Made by a program: the position numbers and the translations under genes. A stretch of 64,000 nt of DNA from assembly GCA_010909165.1 (NCBI GenBank), contig VJWM01000203.1, forward strand, positions 248,001 to 312,000. Direction: 5' to 3'. The stretch comes from Anthoceros angustus (lineage: Eukaryota > Plantae > Anthocerotophyta). Position 1 is the first letter of the stretch. Every line of letters starts with the position of its first letter. Below, piece after piece: positions 51,391 to 62,467 of this stretch. The notes under the pieces are model-generated. The model ran no database searches and had not been told where the DNA came from. It saw only the letters and a list, made by a program, of their open reading frames with translations.

Positions 51391-53019
51391 ACCTGGGTGT
51401 GTGATGAGAGTCTATGTGTTTGAGAGAAGCGGAAGCCAACCATGCCTCGCACATTTTAGAAGCGGAAGGCCATGAGAAGTGCGGAAGGCTTTGTAAAGCA
51501 GGAAGAAGAAGCACGAGGAATTTGACGTCCATCCGTACAAGGCCCGCTGCACCTGTTTGCTTAAGATTGTCGACTTGGCTTTGGGGCAGCTTCCAAGGAT
51601 TGCTTGATCGAGAGAGATTGCTCGACTTTGCTTAGGTGGCAGCCACATGTTGAGTCGCCGCCTCCTCTTACGCGCCGAGATCTTGGTCATGCACACACGT
51701 GTATTGCCGCACACAAGCTCTAACAACGGCACATGGTGTTTAGTTAGTGACTACACACAAGCTCGTGTTTAGTTAGTGACCGCATCAATTCGACCTACAA
51801 CACAATTAGGGCTTACGAAATTGAATTCCTTGGATCAAGAAGGTTTGTGTGCATCCCCAATCTCTTATGCTTGGTGCTTTTTAGGGCACGCACTTTCATG
51901 GGCAAAGGTTGCTAAGCGCCTTTCTACTAACCCCAACCACCTTGCAATGTAGATGGTGCGCACTACACGTGCCGCGGTTGGGTTTGCATGTCATGCGTAA
52001 CGCGATAAGGAAACAAGACTTTGGCCACAAAGATTAGTGGTGGGGACGCAGTGGATGCCGTGGTGGAAGGATCCGCCTAACGGCTCGGTGGTTGGGTTTA
52101 GTAGACAGCGCAAGCCAAGGAGCCGCTGCTTGTCGGCTGGCCTAGCGAAAAATGGGCCACCGTGAAGGCAAAGAAGCGGGAGGGCGTCTCAAAGGGGCGA
52201 AGCGCATCGCCCTCGAAATGTGAGTTGTGCATCAACGGCTTTGTCCAAGCGCTGATCGCACCAGCTGTGTTTGAATCACCGCCTTCAACTAGTTAGCGAG
52301 CTCTAGGGTCGGTGATGATAATGAGCTCTAAACGATGGCTTTTCTTTTCTCACTTGTGTGTGGTAGGAAGGGCCACCGCCTGATGCGGTGGAGAACAAGC
52401 GCCTCCTCCCGATGCCGTGGAGGAGGAGCAGCCTCCCGATGCCGGAGGAGGAGCGCCTCCTCTAATGCCGTGGAGGAGGAGCAGCCTCCTCGATGCCGTG
52501 GAGGAGTACCGCGCGCTCCCCATGGCGCTACCGTGGAAGAGCTCGCTGTGTGGAGAAGCAACAACGACCCTCAAGTCACCACCACCTCCTCTTAGGTCTT
52601 CGGATGAGAGAACAAGGGCCACCAGTGGCTTATGTGCACACGCAGACCTTTTGAGAAAGATGATAGCAAGAAGGCAGCCAAGCTCGCTTCCTCCCTTGTC
52701 CGTGACACTGGCTCAAAACTTACCCGGACCTTCAATCCAGGTCCGTCTCCCATGCCACCTCCACCACTCCTACTCCTAACCCTTCCGTCAATGTTGGTTC
52801 TCGCTTTTGAAGAAGTGCACGTGATGGAGCAGCAAGAAGTGGAAAATCCATGTGGAGGAGGGGAGATGGCGTGACGAGATCCGCCGAATTGCCAAGGAGA
52901 AATCGAATTAAAGGGAGATCGCCCAAATGCACGACGTCATTCCACAATGGACATTCATCTAGAATCGTGTTTACGGTTTTAGTTGAAACCGACTCCTGCT
53001 TTTACTTTCATAAGCTTGT

Positions 53020-53400
53020 CCGTAGGTGTGTGGCCTTGACCGCCCAATGTTTCTCTTTGGTCTCTCAAGCTCGACAGCAAGTGTGTGGCCTTGTGATGTT
53101 TCTTTTGGTCTGCTGCCTAAAGCGCAAGTGTGTGGCCTTGATCGCCGATTTTTCTATTGGTCTGCTGCCTAAACATGTGTGTGTGGCCTTGACCGACGTG
53201 TTTTTTTTGGTCTCTCAAGCCTAAACAGTGTGTGTGTGGCCTTGATCGCCCATGTTTCTTTTGGTCTCTCAAGTCTAAAGCGGTGTGTGGCCTTGATCGC
53301 CCATGTTTCTCTTTGGTCTCGCAAGCCTAAATGGCGGTGTGTGGCCTTGATCGCCCATGTTTCTTTTGGTCTCTCAAGCCTAAACAGTGTGTGTTCGTTT
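53020..53400. repeat. ~50-bp minisatellite
   Basis: gtgtgtggccttgatcgcccatgtttctctttggtctctcaagcctaaa recurs ~6-7 times. Confidence 0.88.
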
Positions 53401-53599
53401 GCTTCCGAAGCTAAACATGTGTGTGTGGCTCGCTTGGCTAACTGTACAAGGATGTACATGCCACATGCCTGTGCATGTGCTCAGACAAGCATGTGGCCTA
53501 TACATGCCACTTACAGCCACATGCTCGCACGGCATGTACAAGCATATTCGATGTTTTCCTTCTCATGTGTCGTTGGATTAAAGAAGATTCATACATGAA

Positions 53600-54100
53600 G
53601 TGCTCCAATTTGCTTGAGGTGGGTAATGCGGCACTTCATGGATCCATTGATTGGCAACCGGGAGAGAAACTAGAGACACAAGCAATTGTGGAGGCCATTC
53701 AAGAGATGTTGGTGGGATTTGGAGCATGGCTCATGTGTGTGACCAAATGTTCAACACCATGTTGCGCAATTGGAAGAACAATCTTGCAAGATGCGCAAGA
53801 CAATTTCTTGAGGGTAATCATCCACCTAAGTATAAGCCTCGTGATATCTCGGTGACCGGATCGCATTGTGGAGAATGAAAAGCCAAGGCCGGATGGAGAT
53901 GTCGCACAAAACGCATAGCAATGTTGAGGAAGTTGAACTCGGATGCCCACGTATGCCACTTTGGTAATGGTGGGTTTGTGAAGTTTACAAATCGGTTTTA
54001 CCAACTCTTTGGTAGACGCCCCACGGAGCAAGAGACAGGTCAGAAGGCCGGAAATTGGATAATAAAACTTGAAACATATTGAGCCAATCTTCCTCATCCG
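53600..54100 (+). mobile_element. Possible CACTA ORF2/TnpA-like (Ptta/En/Spm-type) remnant
   Basis: FNTMLRNWKNNLAR..PPKYKPRDIS and HVCHFGNGGFVKF resemble the L..WK..L and H..G.gGy pattern of CACTA ORF2. Weak. Confidence 0.35.
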
Positions 54101-54859
54101 GAGCGTTTGGCTCCAACCCCCGGAATAGGTTTCAAACAATTGTGGCAGAACCTCAAGGATGCTGGTTATAAAGATGATGATTTGGATGGTATGATTTTGA
54201 TTTGATGTCTTTGCAAGTTAGGATTGTCCTCCCATTTTAACTCTGTTTTTTGGACTTGCCATAGGAGCTGTAATACTAGAGCGCAAGCAAATGGACGATG
54301 ACAGCTGGTTTTTGGACGATTTGGTGCCTAGATTGAAGCCCGGGTTAAGTGAGGATCTTTCTCCTCGTAGTTCTTATAGAAGATCTTTCAAGTCTGCTTT
54401 GTTGTAACACCGGCTTCTTGGTAACATATTCGATTCTTGCAGAATCGGGTGTGGCCTCCGCCTCGGGTGGGAAGCCTTAACCTCCCAAGTGTGGTCGACC
54501 GGTGGAACGAAGCCACGATGAAGTACTTGTTGAAGTTGAACCACTCCATCTCGTGGAAGAGGTGGAAGAATTTGAAGAGGTTGAGGTATCCCTCTCTAAA
54601 TGCAGGAAAAGTTTTTCAATCTCATGGCCTCTCATCGAACCGGACGACAGAACTTGAAGCTCAACGCCTTGTGAAGCTAGGTCCGGACTACGCCAAAGAG
54701 CTCAAGTCATCAAGGGTGAAGAGCATGAAGAGGAAGGAAATGAGGCTTCAACTCAAGTCCAATTTGAAGAGATCAAGGAGCGAGGAATTCTAGTTTGGTG
54801 CTTTCTTTTAGTTGCTCCTTAGAAACTCTTAGAAATTGAATCGACATCGGCTTTTTGTG

Positions 54860-55400
54860 GGAATGTCCCTTTGTGTGTGTCTGGGGAATGGCCCCAATGT
54901 TTGTGAGTGTGTGTGTCTGGGGAATGGCCCCATGTTTGTTTGTGGGAGTCTGTGTGTATGGGAATGGCTTCTATGTTTGTGTGTTTATTTGTGTGTGTGT
55001 GTGTGTGTGTGTGTGTGAGTTTCTATGCGAGCCTGCAAGAGTGTGTGCGAGCCTGCAAGAGTGTGTGCGAGCCTGTGAGCCTGTGAGCCTGAGCTTGTGA
55101 GAGGGCTGAGCCTTGAAAATTGAGCCTTGAGCTTGTGAGCGAGAGCTTGTGAGGCGAGAGCTTGTGAGGCGAGCCTATGAGCTTGTGAGGCGAGAGCGAT
55201 AGCTTGTGAGCTGTGAGAGCGAGCCTGTGAGCTGTGAGCGAGAGCTTGTGAGCTGTGAGAGCGAGAGCTTGTGAGCTTGTGAGCGAGCTTGTGAGCGTGA
55301 GAGCGAGCCTGTGAGCTGTGAGAGCCTGTGAGCGCTGATTATGTGAGAGCCCGTGTGGGTTTGTGCGAGTTTGTGTGGGCCGTTGTGAGTTTGTGTGAGT
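54860..55400. repeat. (TG)n microsatellite followed by a GTGAGC/GAGCTT minisatellite
   Basis: Direct reading. Confidence 0.9.
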
Positions 55401-55499
55401 TGAATGTGTGGATTTGTGTGAGGATCTGTGTTCATTTTGGGGTTTAGAATCGCTTGCATTTGGTAGTAGCATTCCATTTCTCGTGTCCCACTAATGCAC

Positions 55500-56490
55500 A
55501 ACAAGGTGCAAGATACAAAATTTACAACAAAGGGCGTTGTAAAACACTTGTTGTAAATATGCCCCATTTAAAGAAGCTGAAAATAGATATTTGTGTTATT
55601 AATAATATTTATTTTTGTTTAAAAGTCTTTATATATATATATATATATATATTACTTAAAAGGGCGTTGTAATTTAAATGATGTAATTGCTTTTGCAATT
55701 GGGATGTTGTAGATGGTTTTGTAAAGCAGTCGTTGTAAAGCGCGTTGTACCCACAGGGCGTCTCAAACTTAGATGTTGTAATTGCTTTTGCAATTGGGAT
55801 GTTGTAGATGGTTTTGTAAAGCAGTCGTTGTAAAGCGCGTTGTACCCACAAGACGTCTCAAACTTAGATGTTGTAATTGCTTTTGCAATTGGGATGTTGT
55901 AGATGGTTTTGTAAAGCAGTCGTTGTAAAGCGTTGTACCCACCGAGACGTCTCAAACTTAGATGTTGTAATTGCTTTTGCAATTGGGATGTTGTAGATGG
56001 TTTTGTAAAGCAGTCGTTGTAAAGCGTTGTACCCACAAGACGTCTCAAACTTAGATGTTGTAATTTTTTGCAATTGGGATGTTGTAGATGGTTTTGTAAA
56101 ACAGTCGTTGTAAAGCGCGTTGTACCCACAAGGCGTCTCAAACTTAGATGTTGTAATTCCAATTGGGATGTTGTAAATGGTTTTGTAAAATGGCACCACG
56201 TCATCACATGGTGATGTGGCAATGAGGGCCATGTCATCAAATTATGCCACGTCATCACCTGATGATGTGGCAATGAAGGGCCATGTGGCAACAACATGCC
56301 ATGTCATCACTTGGTGATGTGGCGGTGATGTGGCGCCACATCACCACTTTAATGACATGGCACTGGAACTGGCCATGTCAGCAATTTTACAACGTCATGA
56401 AGCTCTCGGTTTACAATGGCGTTGCTTACAACGTCGCGTTGTAACACCCGTTGTAAAAACCGTTGTAAAAACCCTCATTTTCTTGTAGTG
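55500..56490. repeat. Right subterminal region: ~95-bp tandem unit x5-6 and GATGTGGC repeats
   Basis: gttgtaattgcttttgcaattgggatgttgtagatggttttgtaaagcagtcgttgtaaagcg..cgtctcaaacttagat recurs; tctcaaac at 55761 and 55856. Confidence 0.9.
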
Positions 56491-57090
56491 ATGGTGAATG
56501 ACTGACACTCTTACTACCTACCCTTGAGCATTACAATTGCATGATTGATCTTCTTGGCGTCTGACCTATCTACATGGGGCAGAGAAGATGCTACTATCAT
56601 GGAAAGGGCTAAAGTAATGTTGTGGGCTTTGTAATCTTTGTAACAATGCTTTCAAAACACCATATCGCCCCTCTCTGTATCCCCATGACTTTTGCAGGCA
56701 AGGTTGGAGCCCCATGAGGGTTGTGTTGTGGTGGCAATTGCCTGGTGGGGATGACTGCAAAATGTGGTATACAGACCAAGATTTGTCCTCTTCCCGCCCC
56801 ACGCACTGCTTATTAAGAAACGCGCCGCAGAGCACGCGATGTAGCATACCAGATCGTGCCCTAATCTTCCTCAGCTTCCCGCAACAAAATATGGCGGAGC
56901 AAGTCAGATCCTGTTAGCGGCGGCTCTTCTCCTCCCTCCGCACCGTAGCCTACATGCAGCGGTAGCACGTGAGTTTTAGCGGGCCAACCCTATCCGATTC
57001 CGTATAGTTGGAGATAGAGATTATTTGTACAGTTTACATTATTGTAGATTCAATTTGTCACCATCCAGTCAGGATTGCCGAGTGGTCTAA
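56491..57090 (+). repeat. Direct paralog of ~27085-27956 (PPR remnant, lectin 5' region, tRNA) with internal deletions
   Basis: ctacctacccttgagcattacaattgcatg... through gtcaggat.gccgagtggtctaag is shared. Confidence 0.9.
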
Positions 57091-57150
57091 GGCGCCAGAC
57101 TCAAGTTCCCTCTTCGAGAGAGGGCGTAGGTTCAAATTCCACAGCTGACA
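57068..57150 (+). tRNA. trnL-CAA: tRNA-Leu(CAA)-derived, probably a pseudogene
   Basis: GTCAGGAT..GAGTGGTCTAAGGCGCCAGACTCAAGTTC...GGTTCAAAT..CTGACA, with A/B boxes and a T-run ~26 nt downstream. The 3' anticodon stem is disrupted and the acceptor and T stems have mismatches. Confidence 0.75.
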
Positions 57151-57269
57151 TTGTCAAACAATTATTGTGGGGTCACTTTTTCTCATTTCTCTTTAGAAGG
57201 CTTGTGGGCTCAGTTTGTTTCTACCTAATGTCACCCGTTCTAGGGGTGATGCTTTGTGGTCCCAATGAC

Positions 57270-57790
57270 TCGTAATGCCACCGGTACTAGGGGTGGTGCT
57301 TATTGGTCTAAATGGAACAGCCACTAAGGGGTGGTCCTCTGTGGTCAAAATCCCAATGACTCCTAATGCCACCGGTACTAGGGGTGGTGCTTTGTGGTCT
57401 AAATGGCTGTTAATTGCCGCTAAGGGGTGGTGCTTATTGGTCTAAATGGTGGCTGTTCATTGTCGCTAACTTGGGGTGGTCCTTTCTAGTCAAAATGGTT
57501 GTTAAATGGACTTACATTTATAAGAACACCACCAAGGGGTGGTCCCTTGTGGTCGAAATGGTTGTTAAATGAACTCACATTTATAAGAACACCACTGTCA
57601 AGCATCATGCGTTTAGATCAAGGGACACACATTTATATTTAGATCAATGGACACACATTTATAAGAACACCACTCTCAAGCATCATGCATTTAATTTAGG
57701 CATTCATAAAGAATACCGCTGTGAAGCATGCTGCATTTACTTTAGGCACTTACAAAGAACACCATTGTGAGGCATCCTGCATTTAAATCA
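57270..57790. repeat. Degenerate tandem repeats (ggggtggtgctt..tggtctaaatgg; acatttataagaacaccac)
   Basis: Direct reading. Confidence 0.75.
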
Positions 57791-58299
57791 ATACTTAGAT
57801 GGAGTGCCTAGAAGGAGTGGATGCCTTTGGTGCAAGTAGCTTAAAATTTCGTCTAAGTGAACTTTAATAGATTTCTTCTTCTTTTAGGGGTTTATACCAA
57901 GTACTTTTTGTGCCATTGGTATGCACTAGGTACTTTTTGTTAGGTGACTCAGTAGCAGAGCACGTTCAAGAGCACAATGGCGGAGCGCGATGGTGGAGCG
58001 CACGTGTGAAGGGGCAGAGGTGGCGGGGTGGTTGGTGAGGCTAACCGCGAGGTGTGCAGGAGCCTGTTTGAGCAGCCACAGCTGAGGAGCATGCGATGCT
58101 CACCCTCGGCGGCGTTTGGTGGAGCTGCCGCAGCCAGGCACTGCTGTAAGGGGCTGCCTTGCCTTGCCCTGCCCCGAAGGCCCTGTACTTGGTGGGGCAC
58201 ACGGCCCCTATGGCCTTGGCCCTAGGCGGGTGGGAAGCACAGGTCTGTCCCAAGCTCCGAGCTCATCGGGGCGCGAGAGTCTTGCCGAGTTCCGTGGGG

Positions 58300-58680
58300 C
58301 GCGGCTTCGGGGGTTGGCGAGCCTTCGACGTCCCGGAGACCATGGTGGGAAGCTCTCAAAGTTAAGAAATATAGCGAGATGCAAGCAAGCCACCACCCGG
58401 CAGCAGCTCTCAAAGTTAAGAAATATAGCGAGACGTAAGCAAGCCACCACCCGGCAGCACCTCTCAAAGTTAAGAATTATAGCGAGACGTAAGCAAGCCA
58501 CCAATTCATTCCGCTCGCCCTTGAAACGTATGGAGCATTCGCTAAGAACTTCGATACATTTCTCAAGTCTTGCGCTAAGGCTTATCATGCGCGCAAGCAT
58601 GGTGCGGAGCTGTCCCTTTCCTACTTCACGGCATTCTTCAGACAGCAGGTCTCAATTGTTCATACCAGATATTTTTTGCT
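58300..58680 (+). mobile_element. C-terminal remnant of an RLE-type (CRE-like) non-LTR retrotransposon
   Basis: Reads AAALKVKKY..HQFIPLALETYGAFAKNFDTFLKSCA..FRQQVSIV, matching the K..KY / F.PlavET.G / QR.SI RLE C-terminus. A 54-bp unit is triplicated at 58353, 58407 and 58461. Confidence 0.55.
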
Positions 58681-59287
58681 TCTTGTGCCACTCGTGTACA
58701 CACGTAGTTTATTTCTAGTATTACTTGTCTTTGACTTGGTTAGTGCTGCAATGTTGCGGCAGGTTCAAGTGCGTCACCTACGCCGAATCAAACCCCCTCT
58801 AATGCACACGCCACCGGAGTAACCAAGCCCTTCATGGAATCCACCTCCTCTACGCCCATGCTGCAAGACTTAGTATCCACTTGCCACCCTCGTGCGGTGG
58901 CACTCCTCGGCATCAACATTGGTAGTTCTATTTAACTTACTTACATTACATAGTATTTCTCATAACATTGCTCTTCTAAATATATACAAGCGTCACCCAG
59001 CTCTGTATCCTTACCTTCTTGAAAGCTAAAATATCAAGAAGTGAAGTTTTCAGTCGAATATTGAATATTTTATACTTGCTTATTTTAGAGAGCCTAAAGG
59101 GTGTGACAGCACCGGAGATATACAAGACCCCAAGAGGCCTTCACAACACGGCCCATTACGGGTCATACAACAAAGAATACAGTAGATCGCCAAGCACCTT
59201 TCGTGTAACATGGATTTTCACATTAGTAATATCCTGCCATCGATGATCCGTTGATAGACTCGTCTTTCCGACAGCGGTCCCTGAACG

Positions 59288-60673
59288 ATGGCCACAGTAT
59301 GGCAGCCGGACCCGCTGTCCAGCCAACAAATTGGTGTGTGTCCAGGGATTCTACTACGAGCTCCTGCTCATCTCAATTTGGGGACTGAACACCTGGCAAG
59401 CAAAGCCTGCAGGTGCAGCAATGTAAGTAGCCCAGTACTTCCACTTTCGAGGAATTGTGTGCGTGGGGACGGGTTTTCCAGCGATGGTCGTTGCCAGGAG
59501 CAGGAGGATTTGTGGCAACAATTTTTTCTGGATCCCACCATGTGGTGGGACAACAGACGAGATAAGAAGAGCTCCCGTTCGCCTGACTTCCGGCGGAAGG
59601 TGTCCCGTGAGGTCCTGTGGTTAAACAAGTTCAAGCCAGCTTGGGTTGACGAGCAGCTCGTTTCCTTGGATATGCAGATAGGTCACGATGCCTCTCCTTG
59701 CAATTCGAGCTCTGTGGATAATCCACATGACGGATGCATACTTGGGGAACCATATCTTGCGCATGTATGCAGGTGGAGGTAGTCTTCAGGAGGCCAGACG
59801 AGAGAAGAAGGGCTCCCGTTCGCCTGACTTCTGGCGGAAGGGGTCCGGCGAGGTCCTGTGGTTAAACGACATGTTTAAGCCAGCTTGGGTTGATGAGCAG
59901 CTGGTTTCCTTGGATATGCAGATGGGTCATGGTGCCTCGCCTTCCAAGTCGAGCTCTTGGGATAAGCCTGAACCTGGCAGGCGTGCAGGATCGGGGACGG
60001 CGTCATAACGGCTGGAACCGTGAGCATGTTATGTCAGCAGGGAAGCTTTCTGAGGCCGTTGGAGCTCTGGAGTCTCTGGTGCAGACAGACTCTGCCATTT
60101 CTCAGTCTCTGTTTTACACTGTGCTGAAACTGTGTACAGCTAAGAAGGATTTGGTTGTGGGCGACGAGTTCATGATCTCACTGTCAAACTTGGGTATAAT
60201 ACGAATGCATACTTGGGGAACCATATTTACGCCTGTATGCATGCGGAGGTAGGCTAGAGGAGGCGATGGATGTGTTCACCAGGGTGAGGAAACCAGATGT
60301 CTTCATGTGGTCTTCCATAATCTCCGCTTACGCTAAGCATGGGAAGCCTAATGAGGCCGTCCAGCTATACCATGAGATGCGTAGGTCAGGAGTGAAGGCG
60401 GATGCTCACGTCTTTGTAGCTGCCCTTCAGGCTTGTGCATTGGTCTCCGACTTGGAATCTGGCAGAAAAGTGCACTGTGATGTGGTGCAGAGTGGCATTC
60501 CTACTAACTTGTTTGTTGGCAACTGCCTGGTGGACATGTATGCAAAATGTGGCGAACTGAAACCCGCACGCCAGGTTTTGACACCATGGCCGAAAAGGAT
60601 GTGGTGACATGGAATGCCCTGTTAACTGGGTATGCAAAATGTGGTGAACTGAAACATGCACGTCAGGTTTTGA
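59288..60673 (+). pseudogene. Tandem PDF motifs + PPR gene E, 3'-truncated
   Basis: LWQQFFLDPTMWWDNRRDKKSSRSPDFRRKVSREVLWLN..PAWVDEQL. A second partial copy SRSPDFWRKGSGEVLWLND..PAWVDEQL follows, then PLS motifs to 60673. Confidence 0.85.
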
Positions 60674-61530
60674 CAGCATTCCGGCCAGGGCGTCTGCCAG
60701 GCCTGCCTCCCCATCCTTCGAGATAAGGAACGTAAGGTCTGTGACGCCAGAGATGGAGGCATTCTCATCCTCATCCGCGCGGGTGAAAGCAAGTTTGAGC
60801 ACAGTGCCCATGGGCCTGAGGCCGCCGGGAATGGGATCCTCTGTGCAACGCCATCATCCAACTCCAGTACCTGGAGCGTGGCACAGAGCGGAAGAGCATT
60901 TGCAATACACTGGGCTCCCGCCACATCCATGCCGATGTCTTTCAGTGACAGATCCTTGAGACGGGGAGCCGTGGCCAGAATGCGGGCCAGGTGTTGTGCC
61001 CTTCAGCACCTCCCACCTTGTTCCATCGTAAGTTCAACTTCTCCAGGACAGAATCCTTGTTGACGCCTTTGGCCAAGGCACCCAGTCCGGCGGCATCAAG
61101 CCCAACCGACAGTGCTGAAAGCACTTCTAGGCTGCGACTGGATGCAACAAGCTGGCCCAGAGCCTCGCAAGCCGCCTGCCTTTCAAAACATCGACAGGAA
61201 TCCACATCCAGATATTTCAGGGAAGGGTTGGACGCCAGGCCCCCAACAGAGCCGACACTTCATCCTCCTGATCCAAGCCGATTTGCCACTTTCCCAAAAT
61301 AGTTATGAAGGAGCCGAGACTGCGGCAGTTGGCAATGGCTGTCAACACCGCTTGCGCACTCGCCAGTGCCTTCCCTCATCACCACGGATTCGCCCACTGA
61401 AGTAGCCGCCATACTCTTCTTCAATATGCAGGCTGGGTATTTAGGACACGGCATTCCGGCCCAGATCTACCAGCAGCTGCTGCAGCTTAACCGGCAGCGC
61501 GCCAATCCTCCGCCTCCTGCTCTTCCGCCA
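60674..61530 (-). pseudogene. TORNADO1-like LRR N-terminal fragment, 3'-truncated
   Basis: Collinear paralog of ~19992-20850 (MDVAGAQCIANALPLCATL; ACEALGQLVASSR). Confidence 0.88.
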
Positions 61531-62467
61531 TGCTCTGCTCTGCTATGCGAAGTGCAGGACCGTGCGTTGTGCTCTGTTTCCGTCATGGGACTTGGTACTG
61601 AACAACTTGTACCATGGTAAAGTATGTACTTCATTAGGTTCAGGACACGGCATCACCTAGCACCTGATTTGCTGCCTTGAGTCGAGGTGACGACTGTCCT
61701 TTTCCTGACTTGGTCCATCCCTTTGCCTGCAGGGATTCCAGGAACTGAACAGAGACTGGATGGAGGAAGTCCGGTGCGAAGCCAGTCGAACCAGGCAACA
61801 AGAGATGCATGCATGGCCTTTTCATCCAGAAAGGGGTGTACAATGCGTCTACCTGGGCACCTCTTCAAACAGTAGGCAACTACACACACTGAGCATTTGC
61901 AATGAAGAAAACATCTGCAAGATGAGGCTTGGTTATACTATCTTGAGAAAGAAGGTGCAGAATCGAACCTGTTTCTCAACAACGTTCACAGCAGAAGTTT
62001 CTGTTGAAATGCCTCTTAGCAACCTCGATACACCAGCAGGCAATGACTCTACCACCCCAAAATTGAACCACTGTCACCTTGGTCAGCTGCAAGGCCCTCC
62101 ACCGCATCTCCTAATGGAGGACTTTGATCCTCCAAGTTCAGTAGCCCAGGCAGCAAATTCTTGGTACTTAAAGCACCTGTAGTTGCATGCCCTGCATTCC
62201 GTGTACTATGCTCCAGGCTCTCCACCTCTGGGCGGATTGACTCCCAGCCTGCCTCTCTGCGGCTTACCCCTTCATTGCAAGAGTCAGTTAAAATCGCCTG
62301 CTTTGGTTGCTGCCCCGGAGCTACAGCATCTCCTCTATTATCTTGAAGTGTCCCTTTGACTCCAGAATGATCACCAATACAGCGATCTTGGCAAGCTCCA
62401 CCGTCACCAGATAGCAAGGGCCATCGCGGACGAAGCAGTTCCCCGATTTCAACCGGCGATGGGACAT

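Larger units (their letters stand above)
28055..56490. mobile_element. 28.4-kb CACTA (En/Spm) DNA transposon
   Basis: Left end CACTACAAGGA at 28055; right end TTCTTGTAGTG ending 56490. ATG TSD at 28052-54 and 56491-93. Dense TTTACAAC/GTTGTAAA subterminal repeats at both ends. Internal Transposase_21 gene. Confidence 0.92.

Noticed and set aside
51120-56200. Regularly spaced repeats as a possible CRISPR array
   Set aside because: The units are contiguous with no unique spacers, there are no cas genes, and the context is eukaryotic.
57068-57150. Functional tRNA-Leu(CAA)
   Set aside because: The anticodon stem 3' strand is disrupted and the acceptor and T stems have mismatches, so it is kept only as tRNA-derived.
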